A stretch of DNA of 42,692 nt, from positions 1 through 42,692 of the forward strand of contig NW_025214878.1 of assembly GCF_004010195.1 (NCBI RefSeq), given 5' to 3'. The position numbers and the translations under genes were made by a program. Source of the stretch: Chiloscyllium plagiosum. Taxonomy: Eukaryota. Each line of letters opens with the position of its first letter. The stretch's first letter is position 1. This document shows, piece after piece, positions 1 through 11,714 of the stretch. The notes under the pieces are model-generated. The model searched no databases, was not told the DNA's origin, and was given only the letters and a program-made list of their open reading frames with translations.

Positions 1-840
1 GTGAAACTGTCTCCAACCAAAATTGCTCATTATCTCCTGAGAAATCTGTCCGATTCCACATCCTCCATGTTGAAATAACCTGCACAGCCTTCCTGTATCT
101 ATAAACATCTACTGTCACGACTACCCTCCATATGTCTGTATATTCTTCCAGTCTGTACAAACGTCTTTACCTCTGTCATCTGCTCCGTTCCCTAAGCACT
201 CCCTATCTGTGTAAATCTCCCCAACCTAACAACATCCTTATCCCTGTAAAGTGATCCATCCTCCCAACTTGCCCATCTCCATTAAACCCCTGTAGGCCCT
301 CTAGCTCTCCACATTGCTGTAGCACCCTGTGGCTTTATGGCCTTCCCTTCCTGTGAAACCACCTCCAGTCCCCACAACCCTCCCAGTCTGGGCCATCTGC
401 TGTCTCTGTAAGCTCCGACAATCCTAGCAACCCTTCCTATTTGTGTCTCTTCCATCAGACCCCATCGTCTCCAGCTTTCTTATATCTCTTCCTGCCGTTG
501 TAACCCTCCCTATTTAGAACATGGAGCAGTACAGCACAGTGCAGGCACTTCAGCCCGCGATGTTGTGCTAATCTTCTGTCCTACTCTAACCTATGAAGGT
601 TTTCTTCAGAATCCTCCAGTTTAAACCCGCCCTATATGGTAAATTCCTCCAGTCCCTACAACACTCAAACTGTGAAACGTCTTCAAGTCCCTCCAATTCT
701 CCTTAGCTCTCTGACCTCTTTTATGAGCATCAACCCTCAAAATTACCGAAGCCTCTTTTAGTCACTGCAATGTTTCTAATATCTGCAAAACCCTCCAGTC
801 CTGATATCGCTCTTTCTCCATAACATCCAACTTGTTCCAG
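1..840 (+). repeat. Degenerate C/T-rich minisatellite (~35-bp unit like CCCTCCCTATCTCTGTAACCTCCTCCAGCCCTACAA), with a short CR1 3'-tail remnant at ~514-590
   Basis: Recurrent variants of ctccctatctgtgtaa, cctccagtccc and acaaccctcc. Confidence 0.75.
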
Positions 841-1154
841 TGCCTTTCTGGGGAACACCGCAGAGGATGGAAGATTTGTAGAGTCCAGTCCATGTTATAG
901 AGGTAGGACGGGCTGCCAAACCTGGAGGGTGGTACTAATGTAAGAAGGGACGTGGATCCTGCAGGAGGTTCGAGGTAGCATGATTCATAGAACCTGCAGG
1001 ATGGGATCGAGAATGTGTTGTGGAACCTGAAGAATGTTACAATTTGAACCACAGATCTTTTTTGACTGGACCATTGGACTGATCGTAATGTCCTTATTCT
1101 GGACATCTTTACCAGAATTTCTGGGCACAGATTCAGATTCCCATGCTGGGAGAT
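841..1154 (+). other. Putative non-coding exon A (copy 1)
   Basis: Pyrimidine tract ending ttgttccAG at 840, abrupt switch to purine-rich sequence, GTGAGT at 1155; both sites are conserved in the paralog at 32384-32698; stops in all three frames. Confidence 0.45.
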
Positions 1155-1435
1155 GTGAGTTCAGATGTGAATCGATTTACCCATTCTGTCTGTGTGCCTG
1201 ACACTGACCTGGTGCGGCTCTGGTACACAGCACTCTCCGTGCATCTGGTAACCTCCTGATCTATGTAGCTCACATCATCGAAGCCTTCATTTGGAATGTT
1301 CTTTATTTTAATATTTTAAGTCGCAGTTGCATAAGATGCAGGATTGTGAAGTTTCCATTTTTTAGAAAATGAAAGTTTTACCTTTAACCCTGACCCATGC
1401 AATGGAATTTTGTTTTTTTCTGTTGTTTTCTGCAG

Positions 1436-1569
1436 ACTGTCACTCAGAGGATTGTGTAACCAGGGAATCTGAGTGCAGATGGTCTTTGCATGGGAGAGTG
1501 TGTATTTACCAGTTTATGTCGGCTAGGAGAATATATAACTTTGTAAAAACCTTACCGACCCGTTAAGGG
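1436..1569 (+). other. Putative non-coding exon
   Basis: Branch-like ctgac near 1390, strong acceptor tttttttctgttgttttctgcAG ending 1435, donor GTGAGT at 1570; stops in all three frames. Confidence 0.5.
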
Positions 1570-2159
1570 GTGAGTGCACTGGGTCTTGAGCACTAGGAGC
1601 TGGGGAACCTCATGCTGTTTGTATGTGGGGCTTGGCACCAGACTGGGTGAGAGCCGTTCCCTGAGAAAATAACAGGTATGGAGTTTGTGATCCTCCTGCT
1701 GTGTTTGATCTTGTGCCATATCGTTACCTCCCTCTCATGAGTGAGCGTGTCATGTTCTCCAGTCCTGACAGTGTCCACTCCCTGTAAACCGTTCCAGCTG
1801 TTGAACACTCCCTTCTCTCTCACGCTGTCCAGCCCTTCCAACCTGGCCTTCGTCACGTATCTCCTGCAGCCCCAAACGACCTTGCTCTTTGTTATTGCAT
1901 TGCCTTGCTTTGAGCTGTATGGAAGTAGGTTTGGGCCACTAAGAAATATGATAACGCCCACACTCTCCATTTTGGTCAAACATTTCTGCTTGTTTGTCTC
2001 TCTCCCATAAGGGGAAGTGGGCATCCTTTCAGCATCCACCCTATCCATTTTCCTGAGGATCTGTACATTTTAATGAGGACAACTGTCCTCCTGATGACCG
2101 TCAGTGACACAGCACCAAAGCGACATGTTTATGTTCCTCTATTCTCTGCGATTGTTTCC

Positions 2160-3093
2160 TTTTGCTCTACCCCTCCCTCATTCTGAAACCTCTCCCAGTC
2201 TGGACAGTGCTCCAAACCAATAAGTCCTGAGAATGCTGCAAACTCCCTATCTCTGTAAACTCCTCACACTCCAACAATCCTCCTTGTGTGTATGAACCCC
2301 TCTAGCTTCTACAGTCCAATCAAATGATTGCATCTCCTACAGCCCTCACCATCTCTGTATCCTCCAGTCACTACATTTCTCCATGCCTCTGTACACCACT
2401 CCAGCCCCTTCCAATCTGTCAATATCTGCAAGGTCCTGCAGTTCCACAAAACAGCCTTCAACATGAAACCTCCACCAGAGACCATTACCCTATATATCTC
2501 TGTAATCCCCTGCTGTTCTCTCTATCTCTGTTCCCAGCTTCAGTCCTGACAACCCTTCTTCCATGTACAACATCATCAAGTCCCTGTAATCCTCCCAATC
2601 GGTGCAACCTCCACCAGACCTTACAACACCTCCATGGTCTCTGACTGCTTGCAGTAAATTCAAACTTACGGAATTGTATAGCATCTCATTTCTCCATGCG
2701 CCTCTCTATCATGATGAGCTGCTCCAAACCTTCCAAACTTTCCTGCCTGTGTACACCATTAAGTTGATACGTCACTTCTCATTCCTGTAATGTCCTGCAC
2801 ACCCTACAATCCTCCCTGTTTTTGTGAGTTCTGCCGACCACAAGCACTCTCCCTATCTGTGTAAATGTCTCTAGTCACTCCAATCCCTTTACTGTGTAGC
2901 CCCCACCAGACCCTAAATCCATCGCTATGTGTGTAACCTTCTTCAGGTCTATATCCTCCAACTTGCTGAAACCTGCTCTCACCGTTGCAACCCCCATTAT
3001 TTTGTAACATTAATTAGTCTGTAAAACCATCCCTATCAGTGTGTTCTCCTCCACTGTGTATCACAAAATCATGAAGGGTGTAGACACAGTGGA
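2160..3093 (+). repeat. C/T-rich minisatellite block; 2208-2870 is duplicated at 3825-4292 plus 5230-5414
   Basis: tgctccaaaccaataa starts both copies; they are colinear with many substitutions. Confidence 0.75.
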
Positions 3094-3824
3094 NNNNNNN
3101 NNNNNNNNNNNNNNNNNNNNNNNNNNNNNNNNNNNNNNNNNNNNNNNNNNNNNNNNNNNNNNNNNNNNNNNNNNNNNNNNNNNNNNNNNNNNNNNNNNNN
3201 NNNNNNNNNNNNNNNNNNNNNNNNNNNNNNNNNNNNNNNNNNNNNNNNNNNNNNNNNNNNNNNNNNNNNNNNNNNNNNNNNNNNNNNNNNNNNNNNNNNN
3301 NNNNNNNNNNNNNNNNNNNNNNNNNNNNNNNNNNNNNNNNNNNNNNNNNNNNNNNNNNNNNNNNNNNNNNNNNNNNNNNNNNNNNNNNNNNNNNNNNNNN
3401 NNNNNNNNNNNNNNNNNNNNNNNNNNNNNNNNNNNNNNNNNNNNNNNNNNNNNNNNNNNNNNNNNNNNNNNNNNNNNNNNNNNNNNNNNNNNNNNNNNNN
3501 NNNNNNNNNNNNNNNNNNNNNNNNNNNNNNNNNNNNNNNNNNNNNNNNNNNNNNNNNNNNNNNNNNNNNNNNNNNNNNNNNNNNNNNNNNNNNNNNNNNN
3601 NNNNNNNNNNNNNNNNNNNNNNNNNNNNNNNNNNNNNNNNNNNNNNNNNNNNNNNNNNNNNNNNNNNNNNNNNNNNNNNNNNNNNNNNNNNNNNNNNNNN
3701 NNNNNNNNNNNNNNNNNNNNNNNNNNNNNNNNNNNNNNNNNNNNNNNNNNNNNNNNNNNNNNNNNNNNNNNNNNNNNNNNNNNNNNNNNNNNNNNNNNNN
3801 NNNNNNNNNNNNNNNNNNNNNNNN
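3094..3824. other. Assembly gap
   Basis: Run of N. Confidence 1.
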
Positions 3825-4292
3825 TGCTCCAAACCAATAATTACTGAGAATGCTCCAACCCCCTATCTCTGTCAACTCCTCACATACCTGCAATACTCCT
3901 TTTCTGTGAGAACACCTCCAGCTTCTGCAGTCCATCCAAATTATTGCAACTCCTCCAGCCCTCACCATCTCCGTATGCTCCAGTCACTACATTTCTCCAT
4001 GCATCTGGAAACCCCTCCAGCCCCTCCAAATCTACCTATCTTTCTAAAGTCCAACAGTTCCAAAAACCATCCCTCTACATGGAACTTCCACCAGAGACCA
4101 CTGGCCACCATATCTCTGTAATCCCCTGCGCTTCTCTCTATCTCTGTTTCCAGCTTCAGTCCCTATAACTCTACTTCCATGTACAACATCATCAAGTCCC
4201 TGCAATCCTCCCGAACTGTGGAACCTCCAAAAGACCTTACAATTTTATCTCGGTCTCTAACTGCCTGGAGTGATTTGAAACTTCGGTAATTA

Positions 4293-4965
4293 AAGTCAGA
4301 GAATCATAGAGATGGTACAGCATGGAAACAGACCCTTTGGTCCAACTTGTCCATGACAATTCGGTCGCACCAAACAGCACCCAGCCCATCTCCCTCTAAA
4401 CCCTTCCTTTTGATGTACCCATCCAGATGTCTTCTAAGTTTTGCAATTGTACTAGCCTCCACCACTTCCTCTGGCAGCTCATTCCAAACACGTACCACGC
4501 CCTGTGTGAAAAGGTTGCCCCTTAGGTCTCTTTTGTATATTTCCCCTCTCAGCCTAAACCTATGCTCTCTAGTTCTGGACACTTGACCGCATGGAAAAGA
4601 CTTTGCTTATTTATCCTATCCATGCCCCTCATGATTTTATAAACCTCTATAAGGTCACCCCTCAACCTCTGACGCTCCAGGGAAAACAGCCCTAGCCCAT
4701 TCAGCCTCTCCCTGTAGCTAAAATACTTTAACCCTGGCAACATCCTTATAAATCTTTTCTGAACCCTTTCAAGTTTCACAACATCCTTCTGATAGGAAGG
4801 AGACCAGAATTGCACACGGTATTCCAAAAGTGACCTAACAATGTCCTGTACAGCTGCAACATGACCTCCCAACTCCTGTGCTCAATACTCTGACCAATAA
4901 AGGAATGCATACCAAGGGCCTTCTTTGCTATCCTATCGACCTGTGACTACTTTCAAGGACATCTG
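4293..4965 (-). mobile_element. CR1 LINE 3' end (ORF2 C-terminus and 3' UTR), relatively young
   Basis: Minus-strand peptides VRSLLEYRVQFWSP, LERVQKRFIRMLPGL, LRGDLIEVYKIMRGMDR, FTQGVVRVWNELPEEVV; ends in a (tctatgat)-like tail. Confidence 0.92.
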
Positions 4966-4971
4966 TACTTA

Positions 4972-5228
4972 ATTTGAAAAATTGGATAGACAGATGGAGA
5001 GGCCTGAGGTCTTGTGGGTAAAGCTAGTTCAGCCTAAGCTGTTAGGCAGAGCCAATGAGGTATTTGCAGCACTGTCTCATGAGTGGCCAGGAGATTATGC
5101 ACATGTCAAACAGGCTATTGTAAGCTCTTATGGATTAGTACCAGAAGCATATCGACAGCGGTTCAGAAACATAAAGAAAGAACCAGGGCAGACTTATGTG
5201 GAGTTCTATACAATTAAACAGAGTAATC
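4972..5228 (+). mobile_element. Ty3/Gypsy (Gmr1-like) gag capsid fragment
   Basis: Open peptide WVKLVQPKLLGRANEVFAALS..DYAHVKQAIVSSYGLVPEAYRQRFRNIKKEPGQTYVEF matches the gag/SCAN-like pattern DY..VK.AIL..Y.L.PEAYRQRFR; no LTR or pol nearby. Confidence 0.85.
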
Positions 5229-5414
5229 TTTCTGCAACATCTCCAGTCTCCATGAGTCTCTCTGTCATGGTGAGCTGCTCCAACCCCCATAACATTTCCT
5301 GCCTGTGTACACCATCAAGTTGATACAACCCTTCTGATTTCTGTCGTGTCCTGCAGACCATTTTTGTGAATTCTGCCGACCACTAATACTCTCCCTATCT
5401 GTGTAAATGCCCCC

Positions 5415-5822
5415 NNNNNNNNNNNNNNNNNNNNNNNNNNNNNNNNNNNNNNNNNNNNNNNNNNNNNNNNNNNNNNNNNNNNNNNNNNNNNNNNNNNNNN
5501 NNNNNNNNNNNNNNNNNNNNNNNNNNNNNNNNNNNNNNNNNNNNNNNNNNNNNNNNNNNNNNNNNNNNNNNNNNNNNNNNNNNNNNNNNNNNNNNNNNNN
5601 NNNNNNNNNNNNNNNNNNNNNNNNNNNNNNNNNNNNNNNNNNNNNNNNNNNNNNNNNNNNNNNNNNNNNNNNNNNNNNNNNNNNNNNNNNNNNNNNNNNN
5701 NNNNNNNNNNNNNNNNNNNNNNNNNNNNNNNNNNNNNNNNNNNNNNNNNNNNNNNNNNNNNNNNNNNNNNNNNNNNNNNNNNNNNNNNNNNNNNNNNNNN
5801 NNNNNNNNNNNNNNNNNNNNNN
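5415..5822. other. Assembly gap
   Basis: Run of N. Confidence 1.
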
Positions 5823-6029
5823 GATCCACAACCCGACACACATCCCTATCTCTGGAATCTAATCAAAGACGCTTTATCTCTCTAACATCCTCCAAACAAT
5901 AAAACTCTTTCTCCTGTGAACATTCTGTCGCAACTGTAGCTATGTTTAACCCTGCAACATTGTCGCGTCCCCAAACATCTCTCCCACTCTGTGAACTCTA
6001 TCCATCCCTCAAAGGCCCTCTCTCAGTGA

Positions 6030-7413
6030 CACGCGCCATGCATTTGCAACAAGGCAGATGTAATGACAGCATTAACTGAAGGGAACAGATATGATCGAAC
6101 TGTTATTGTGGAGGGGTGTCTGCAGAATGACCATGGCTGGGATGTGATTATTGAGGGGTTGTAGGGATTTAGGCAGGATCAGCAAACAACCAAACAAGGT
6201 CCCGTTTTGTTGTGAAGAAAGGATGCAATCAGTGCATTAGTGAGACAGCCAATTTAATCTGGGAATCAAAATATAGAGTCATTTTGAATGGACAGCAAGG
6301 GGGATCTGGAAGATCAAATCACAGTTCCATGCTCGTTGGTAAGTTGGATACAATATTTTCTTGGTGATAGTAGACAGAGGCATGTGCAGTGGTCACTTTC
6401 TGATTGGACGTCTGTGGGCAATGCTGTTTCACAAGGATCAGTGCTGCGATGTCTGTGTGTAATTGATATCTGAGATTCAGATGGAAAGGTCAGCAGTTTG
6501 ATTACTATTTTGCAGACGACATTTGGAAAGGCATGTAATGATTAGGGATAGTTAGGGGAATTGTAGATAGTGAGGAAGAGTGTTAAAGGTTGCAGCATTA
6601 TGTAGATCAGCTGGAACGTTGTGCAGAGAAATCGCAAATCGAATTTCATTGGGACAAATGTGAAGTGATGCATTTATGATTTAAAATGGAAGATAGAAGT
6701 GCACTAATTGACTATATGGAAACATTGATAAACAGATGACTTTGGATGCAAATCTGTAGCTCCCTCAAAATAACAACACAGCAGGGTGTGGTGGTAAAGG
6801 AGGAGTATGGTAGGTTTCCCTTCATTGGTCACAGTACTGAGTACAGATGTTTGCATGTCATGTTGTGGCCGAATGAAACTTCATTCGGCCGTGTTTGCAA
6901 TGTTGCGTGTCGTTCTCATCGCCACACGACAGGAAGGATGTGGAGGTTTTGGGGAGGGTGTAACAGAGTTGGCAGAATGGATGAAAATGTGTTTACTGTA
7001 AGGAGGTTGGACCCAGTTGGATTGTTTTGTCAGAGTATCAGACTGAGGGGTGACCGGGTACAGGTATATAATATTAGGAGAGGCATGGATAGTGTGAATA
7101 GTTGGAATCCTTCTTCCAATGTAGAAATATCAAATACTAGGCGCCTCGGTTTAAGGTGAGAGTGAGAAGTTTTAAGTGAGGTGAATAAGGCCAGTGTTCT
7201 TTACCGAGAGGGTGGAATCTGCTCAGGAGGTGGGAGAGCTGGCAATGAGAGCAAAGTTTTGAAGTGGCATTTAGACAGAAACATGAACAGGCAGAGAATA
7301 GAAGGATATCACCCATATGCAGGCTGATGGGATTAGTTTAGAATAGCATCATGGTCAGCACAGCCATGGTGGGCCGGAGGGTCTATTACTCTGCTGTACT
7401 GTTCTCGTTTCTA
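6030..7413 (+). mobile_element. Old CR1 LINE ORF2 fragments (endonuclease piece, RT to 3' end)
   Basis: WIQYFLGDSRQR, VSQGSVL, tttgcagacgac (FADD), LRGDRVQVYNIRRGMD; CR1 3' tail ctgctgtactgttct. Confidence 0.8.
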
Positions 7414-9560
7414 ACTTCATGGCATCTACCCTGTCAAAGCCCCTAAGAATCCTAGATGTTTCATTCAATTTCTCTCCCATTATTCAAAACCCCAATGGGT
7501 TCAAGGTCAATCCAATCCACCTGTTCTCATTGGAAAATCCCGCCATCTCCAGGATCAGCCGAGTGAACCTTCCCTGGCCTGCCTCCAACAAAACAATGTC
7601 TTTCCTTAGGGCACTCATACTGTTCATTATATGTTGTAGTCTGACTTGTACCTTTCATCGTTTTAGCAAGACCTCCATATTTTTAGACCCCATTCCCTTT
7701 GTAATTAATGGCAGCATTTGATTTGCTTTCTCTATGACCTGCTGATCCTGTAAGCTACCTTTTTCAGATTGATTCACAAGGATTCCCAAAACCCTTTGTG
7801 CAGTCAGTCTGAAACCAAACGGTGTTAACCTGATAGTGAGTCGGGAACTTGCTGGAGAGTATTGTAAAGGATACAGCAATAAACAATAAATGGACACTTA
7901 GAAACAATGGGCAACACGTGATTTTACAAATGGGGAATATTTTTAACGCCGTTGGATTGGTGTGACCATGAATGGTAGAATAGATAAGGGTGGGGGAGGC
8001 AAGTAGCGGTAGGGGCATATTTTAACGTTCAGAAGCATTTTGACAAGTTTCAACAAGAGCTAAATTATAACGACGGAGAGAATAGGGCCCCTGAAAGGTC
8101 AATGAGGCTGTCTGTGTGGAATCACTGCTGTTGGGAAAGATCCGAAACAAATATTTTGCTTCAGGATTTATTATGGAGAAAGACATGGAAGCTCGGGAAT
8201 TTTGGAAAATACATAGTGATGTCTTGAACAGAGTTCACATTGGAGAATAGGAGGTGCTGGATGTATAAAAATGCAAAAAAAGTTAATAAAACCATGGGAT
8301 ATGATCAGATGTATCCCAGCGCCTTGTGAGAAGCTAGGGAGGAAATTACAAGGCTCATTGCAGAGACATTTTTAACATCTACAGCCACTACAGACCAGTA
8401 AGACTGATGGCGGAGGTGGGTAAGTCGATGGAGGAAATTCTGAGAGAAAGGACAGTGGAAGTAGACAAGTGACAGATCAAAGCAGAATGGTCAGCACAGC
8501 CATGGTGGGCCGAAGGGCCTATTACTCTGCTGTACTGTTCTCGTTTCTAACTTCATGGCATCTACCCTGTCAAAGCCCCTTAGAATCCTCGATGTTTCAT
8601 TCAATTTCTCTCCCATTCTCCAAAACCCCAATGGGTTCAAAGTGAATCTACTCCACCTCTTCTCATTGGAACATCCCGCCATCTCCAGGATCAGCGGAGT
8701 GAACCTTCCCTGGCCTGGCTCTATACAAGAATCTCTTTCCTTAGGGCACTCATACTGTTCATTATAATCTAGGTGTGGTCTGACTTGTACCATGCATCGT
8801 TTTAGCAAGTCCTCCCTATTTTTAGACTCCATTCTCTTTGTAATAAATGGCAGCATTTGATTTGCTTTCTCTATGACCTGCTGATCCTGTAAGCTACCTA
8901 TTTCAGATTGATGCACAATGATTCCCAAAGCCCTTTGTGCAGTCAGTCTGAAACCAAACGGTGTTAGCCTGACAGTGAGTCGGGAACGTGCTGGAATGTG
9001 CTATAAAGTATATGACAATAAATGATAACTGGATGCTTAGAAACAATGGAAGACGCATGATTTTATAAAAGGGGAATATTTTTAAATGTGTTGGATTCTA
9101 TATTTTGGTGTGAGCATAAATGGCAGAATAGATAAGGTTGAGGGAGGCTAGTTGCGATAGAGAGATATTTGAAAATTCAGAAGCATTTTGACATGTTTCA
9201 ACAAGGGCTCAAAATTAGCTCGGGAGAGAATAGGGCCCCTGAAAGGTCAATGATGTTGTCTGTGTGGAATCACTGCTGATGGGTGAGATACTGAACAATA
9301 TTTTGTGTTAGGATTTACTGTGGAGAATGACATGGAAGCTCGGCAACTTGGGAAATACATAGTGATGTCTTGAAAAGAGTGCACATTGGAGAACAGGACG
9401 TGCTGAATGTCTTAAAATGCAAAAAGTTAGATAAAACCTTGGGACATGGTCAGATATATCCCAGCGCCTTGTGAGAAGTGAGGGAGGAAATTACAGGGCC
9501 CCTCCCAGAGATATTTGTATCATCGACAGCCACAACAGACCAGTGAGACTGATGGCAGTG
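7351..9560. repeat. Direct tandem duplication (~1.14-kb period) of a mosaic of oppositely oriented CR1 fragments
   Basis: atggtcagcacagccatggtgggcc...ttcatggcatctaccctgtcaaagcccct at 7351 and 8488; ORFs 7419 and 8555 are near-identical. Confidence 0.9.
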
Positions 9561-10265
9561 GTGGTAGGTTATTGGAGGAGATTCTGAGAGAAACGATCAT
9601 TATGCTTTTGGAAAGGCAAGGACAGATCAATGACAGTCAGCATGGGTTTGTGCACGGGAAATCATATCTCAAACCTCAAACCAGCATGGCAGACTGGTTA
9701 TTAAGTTAAGATCACACATAACCAGGGAGCGCTCACCAACTGGATACAAAACAGGATTGACTGTAAGAGACAGAGCGTGTTCATAGAGGGTTGCTGCTCA
9801 AACTGCAGGCCTGTGACCAACGGTGTGCCATGGGGTTTGGTGCCGGGTCACTGTTGTGCATCATTTATATAAACAGTTTGGATGATAATACAGGAGCAAG
9901 TTTGTGAGTGAGACTGAAATTGGTGATAAAGTGGACAGTGAAAAGGGTTATTGAAGAGTACAATGGGATCAACAGTACTGCTGGGCCAGTGAGGTTAGGA
10001 AGAACAGGGGGAGAAATGCAAGATGTTGTATTGTGGTAAAGCAGACAAGGATGGACTTGTACAGTAAATGTTCGGGCCCTGGGTAGTGTTGTCAGTCAGT
10101 GACCCAGGGATGCAGGTACACAGTTTTTTGAAAGTAATGTCACAGGTAGACAGGCTGGTGAAGCAGGTGTTTGGGACGGTTACCCTTCATTGGGCAGAGC
10201 ATTGAGAGTAGGAGTTGGGATGTCATGGTGTATCTGAACAGGATATTAGTGAGGCCACTGTATAA
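9190..10265 (+). mobile_element. Degenerate CR1 ORF2 (tether and RT)
   Basis: GRLLEEILRE..INDSQHGFVHGKS; RT 3' part colinear with the other CR1 copies. Confidence 0.8.
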
Positions 10266-10279
10266 ACATTGTTGATTAT

Positions 10280-10470
10280 CTGGTAAAAATCAACTTGTTC
10301 ACGTATGTCCTTTAGAGAGGGACATCTGACATTCTTACCTGGTCTGGCTCACATGTGACTCCAATCCTACAGCAACATTGCTGACTCTGAGCTGCCTCTG
10401 GGCAATTAGCAGTGGGATAATGTATGCTGGTCCATCCGGTGACATCCTCAGGCCATGAATGAATCAATGA
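10280..10470 (+). mobile_element. SacSINE/DeuSINE-like SINE 3' portion (paralog at 17400-17570)
   Basis: ttacctggtctggctcacatgtgactcca...cagcaacattgctgactct...catgaatgaat resembles the shark Deu-domain SINE body and tail (recall). Confidence 0.6.
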
Positions 10471-10768
10471 AAATACAGATGTCCATCCCTATCTCTGCAA
10501 ACAGCTCTAGCTGCAGCAATTCGTACTGGCTTTGTGACATTGTTCAGGCCTTTGTCCCTCTCTGTAACACTCTCACCACCTCCAACACCTTCACCTCTCC
10601 CTGTTCCGATCATCTGATTAAACGCTGGCAACGTTTTCTCTTCCTATTGTATTCCTCCTGCTCGGAGAATCCCTAGCGATCTCTTTAACACTGTGTCCAC
10701 ATTTCTAAACTTTGGCTTCTTCAGAATTGATAGTTTTTTTTTTCATCTCTTAATCAACTCTGATAAGT

Positions 10769-11047
10769 TCTGGACCAAGATCGTCCAAAGTCGAGGAGGA
10801 GTATTGGGAAGGTGTCGAGCACCTCGAGACTTTCTGTGGGGAAAATGGGAATCCAGGAAAAAAACAGCACAAGGAGTGCGTGACACACCAACGCCTCACC
10901 CACCCCCTTCCATGGCCACCTTCTGCAACAGAGTGTATCAGAGTCTGTGGAAGGCCACATCGGTCTGTACAGCCAACTCCAGACCCCGCCCCCGAGAGTG
11001 GGAGAGAGTCAGCCTCGTCTGTGACCCACCGCCAAAGAGATGATGAG
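10769..11047 (+). mobile_element. RTE-clade LINE 3' end fragment
   Basis: Frameshifted LDQDRPKSRRSI-EGVEHLE and terminal FCNRV...HIGLYSQLQT (RTE C-terminal C..C...HIGL.SH pattern), then a short UTR ending gccaaagagatgatga. Confidence 0.7.
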
Positions 11048-11380
11048 ATAGCAAGGTTGAATCCACTCACAATTATCCCAGTGCTTTTGTCACAAATTCA
11101 AACAATTCCCTGTTAATGCAGTGTCTAATAATGTGATATCACTCAGTATCTCTCCATGTGGTATCCCTCGCTGTGTCGGTCTATATGCTGCCTCTGTCAG
11201 CATTTCTCCCTCTTAGATTCTGAGTCAACAGAATTGTCCACTCCAGAGAGATGCAGCAGCACGGGCAAGGGATGAAGACTGGGATTTTCAAGATCTCTGC
11301 TGGACTCAGTGCCACTCTGCATGGGTTATCCTCATTGCATCAGTCTAATTTCCCATTCTGTCTATTTCTGTCTCATGCAG

Positions 11381-11492
11381 GTAATCAGGATGTTCCTAAC
11401 TCCTGTCTCATCCATCACCTCATTGAAGCTGGTTGGTCAGCCAGAGAGAGATGGAGAGGGAGATCTGGAGCCTTCAGTAAATCCTGCAGCCG
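11381..11492 (+). other. Putative exon D (copy 1)
   Basis: Acceptor tttctgtctcatgcAG ending 11380, donor GTAAGA at 11493; paralogs at 19739-19873 and 36926-37053. Confidence 0.55.
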
Positions 11493-11714
11493 GTAAGATC
11501 AATCATAGTAAACAGCACAGGGTGGAGGTAGTAGACTTCTATATTCAGACCTGGAAGACCGGACATAGATACAGAGCTGGGCAAGGAGCAGCAACATTCT
11601 AGGCTTCATTCCCACCAAATTGTGAGGGTCCTGCTTTCACCTCTGCTGTATTGGTCCTCAATTCGACAGCACAGGGGAACGCAGGCATCAATCCTGGCCC
11701 ATGCTGTGTTCGTG

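Noticed and set aside
4982..5323. Domesticated SCAN/gag-derived host gene
   Set aside because: Only a short internal fragment fused to CR1 and satellite, with no ATG at the ORF start and no zinc-finger exons
2208..5414. Duplication across a gap as an assembly artefact
   Set aside because: The copies differ by many substitutions and by a 940-bp insertion, so they are more likely true paralogs
3014..5862. Long ORFs spanning 3014-3968 and 5265-5862 (also 30046-30703)
   Set aside because: Artefacts of translating through N gaps
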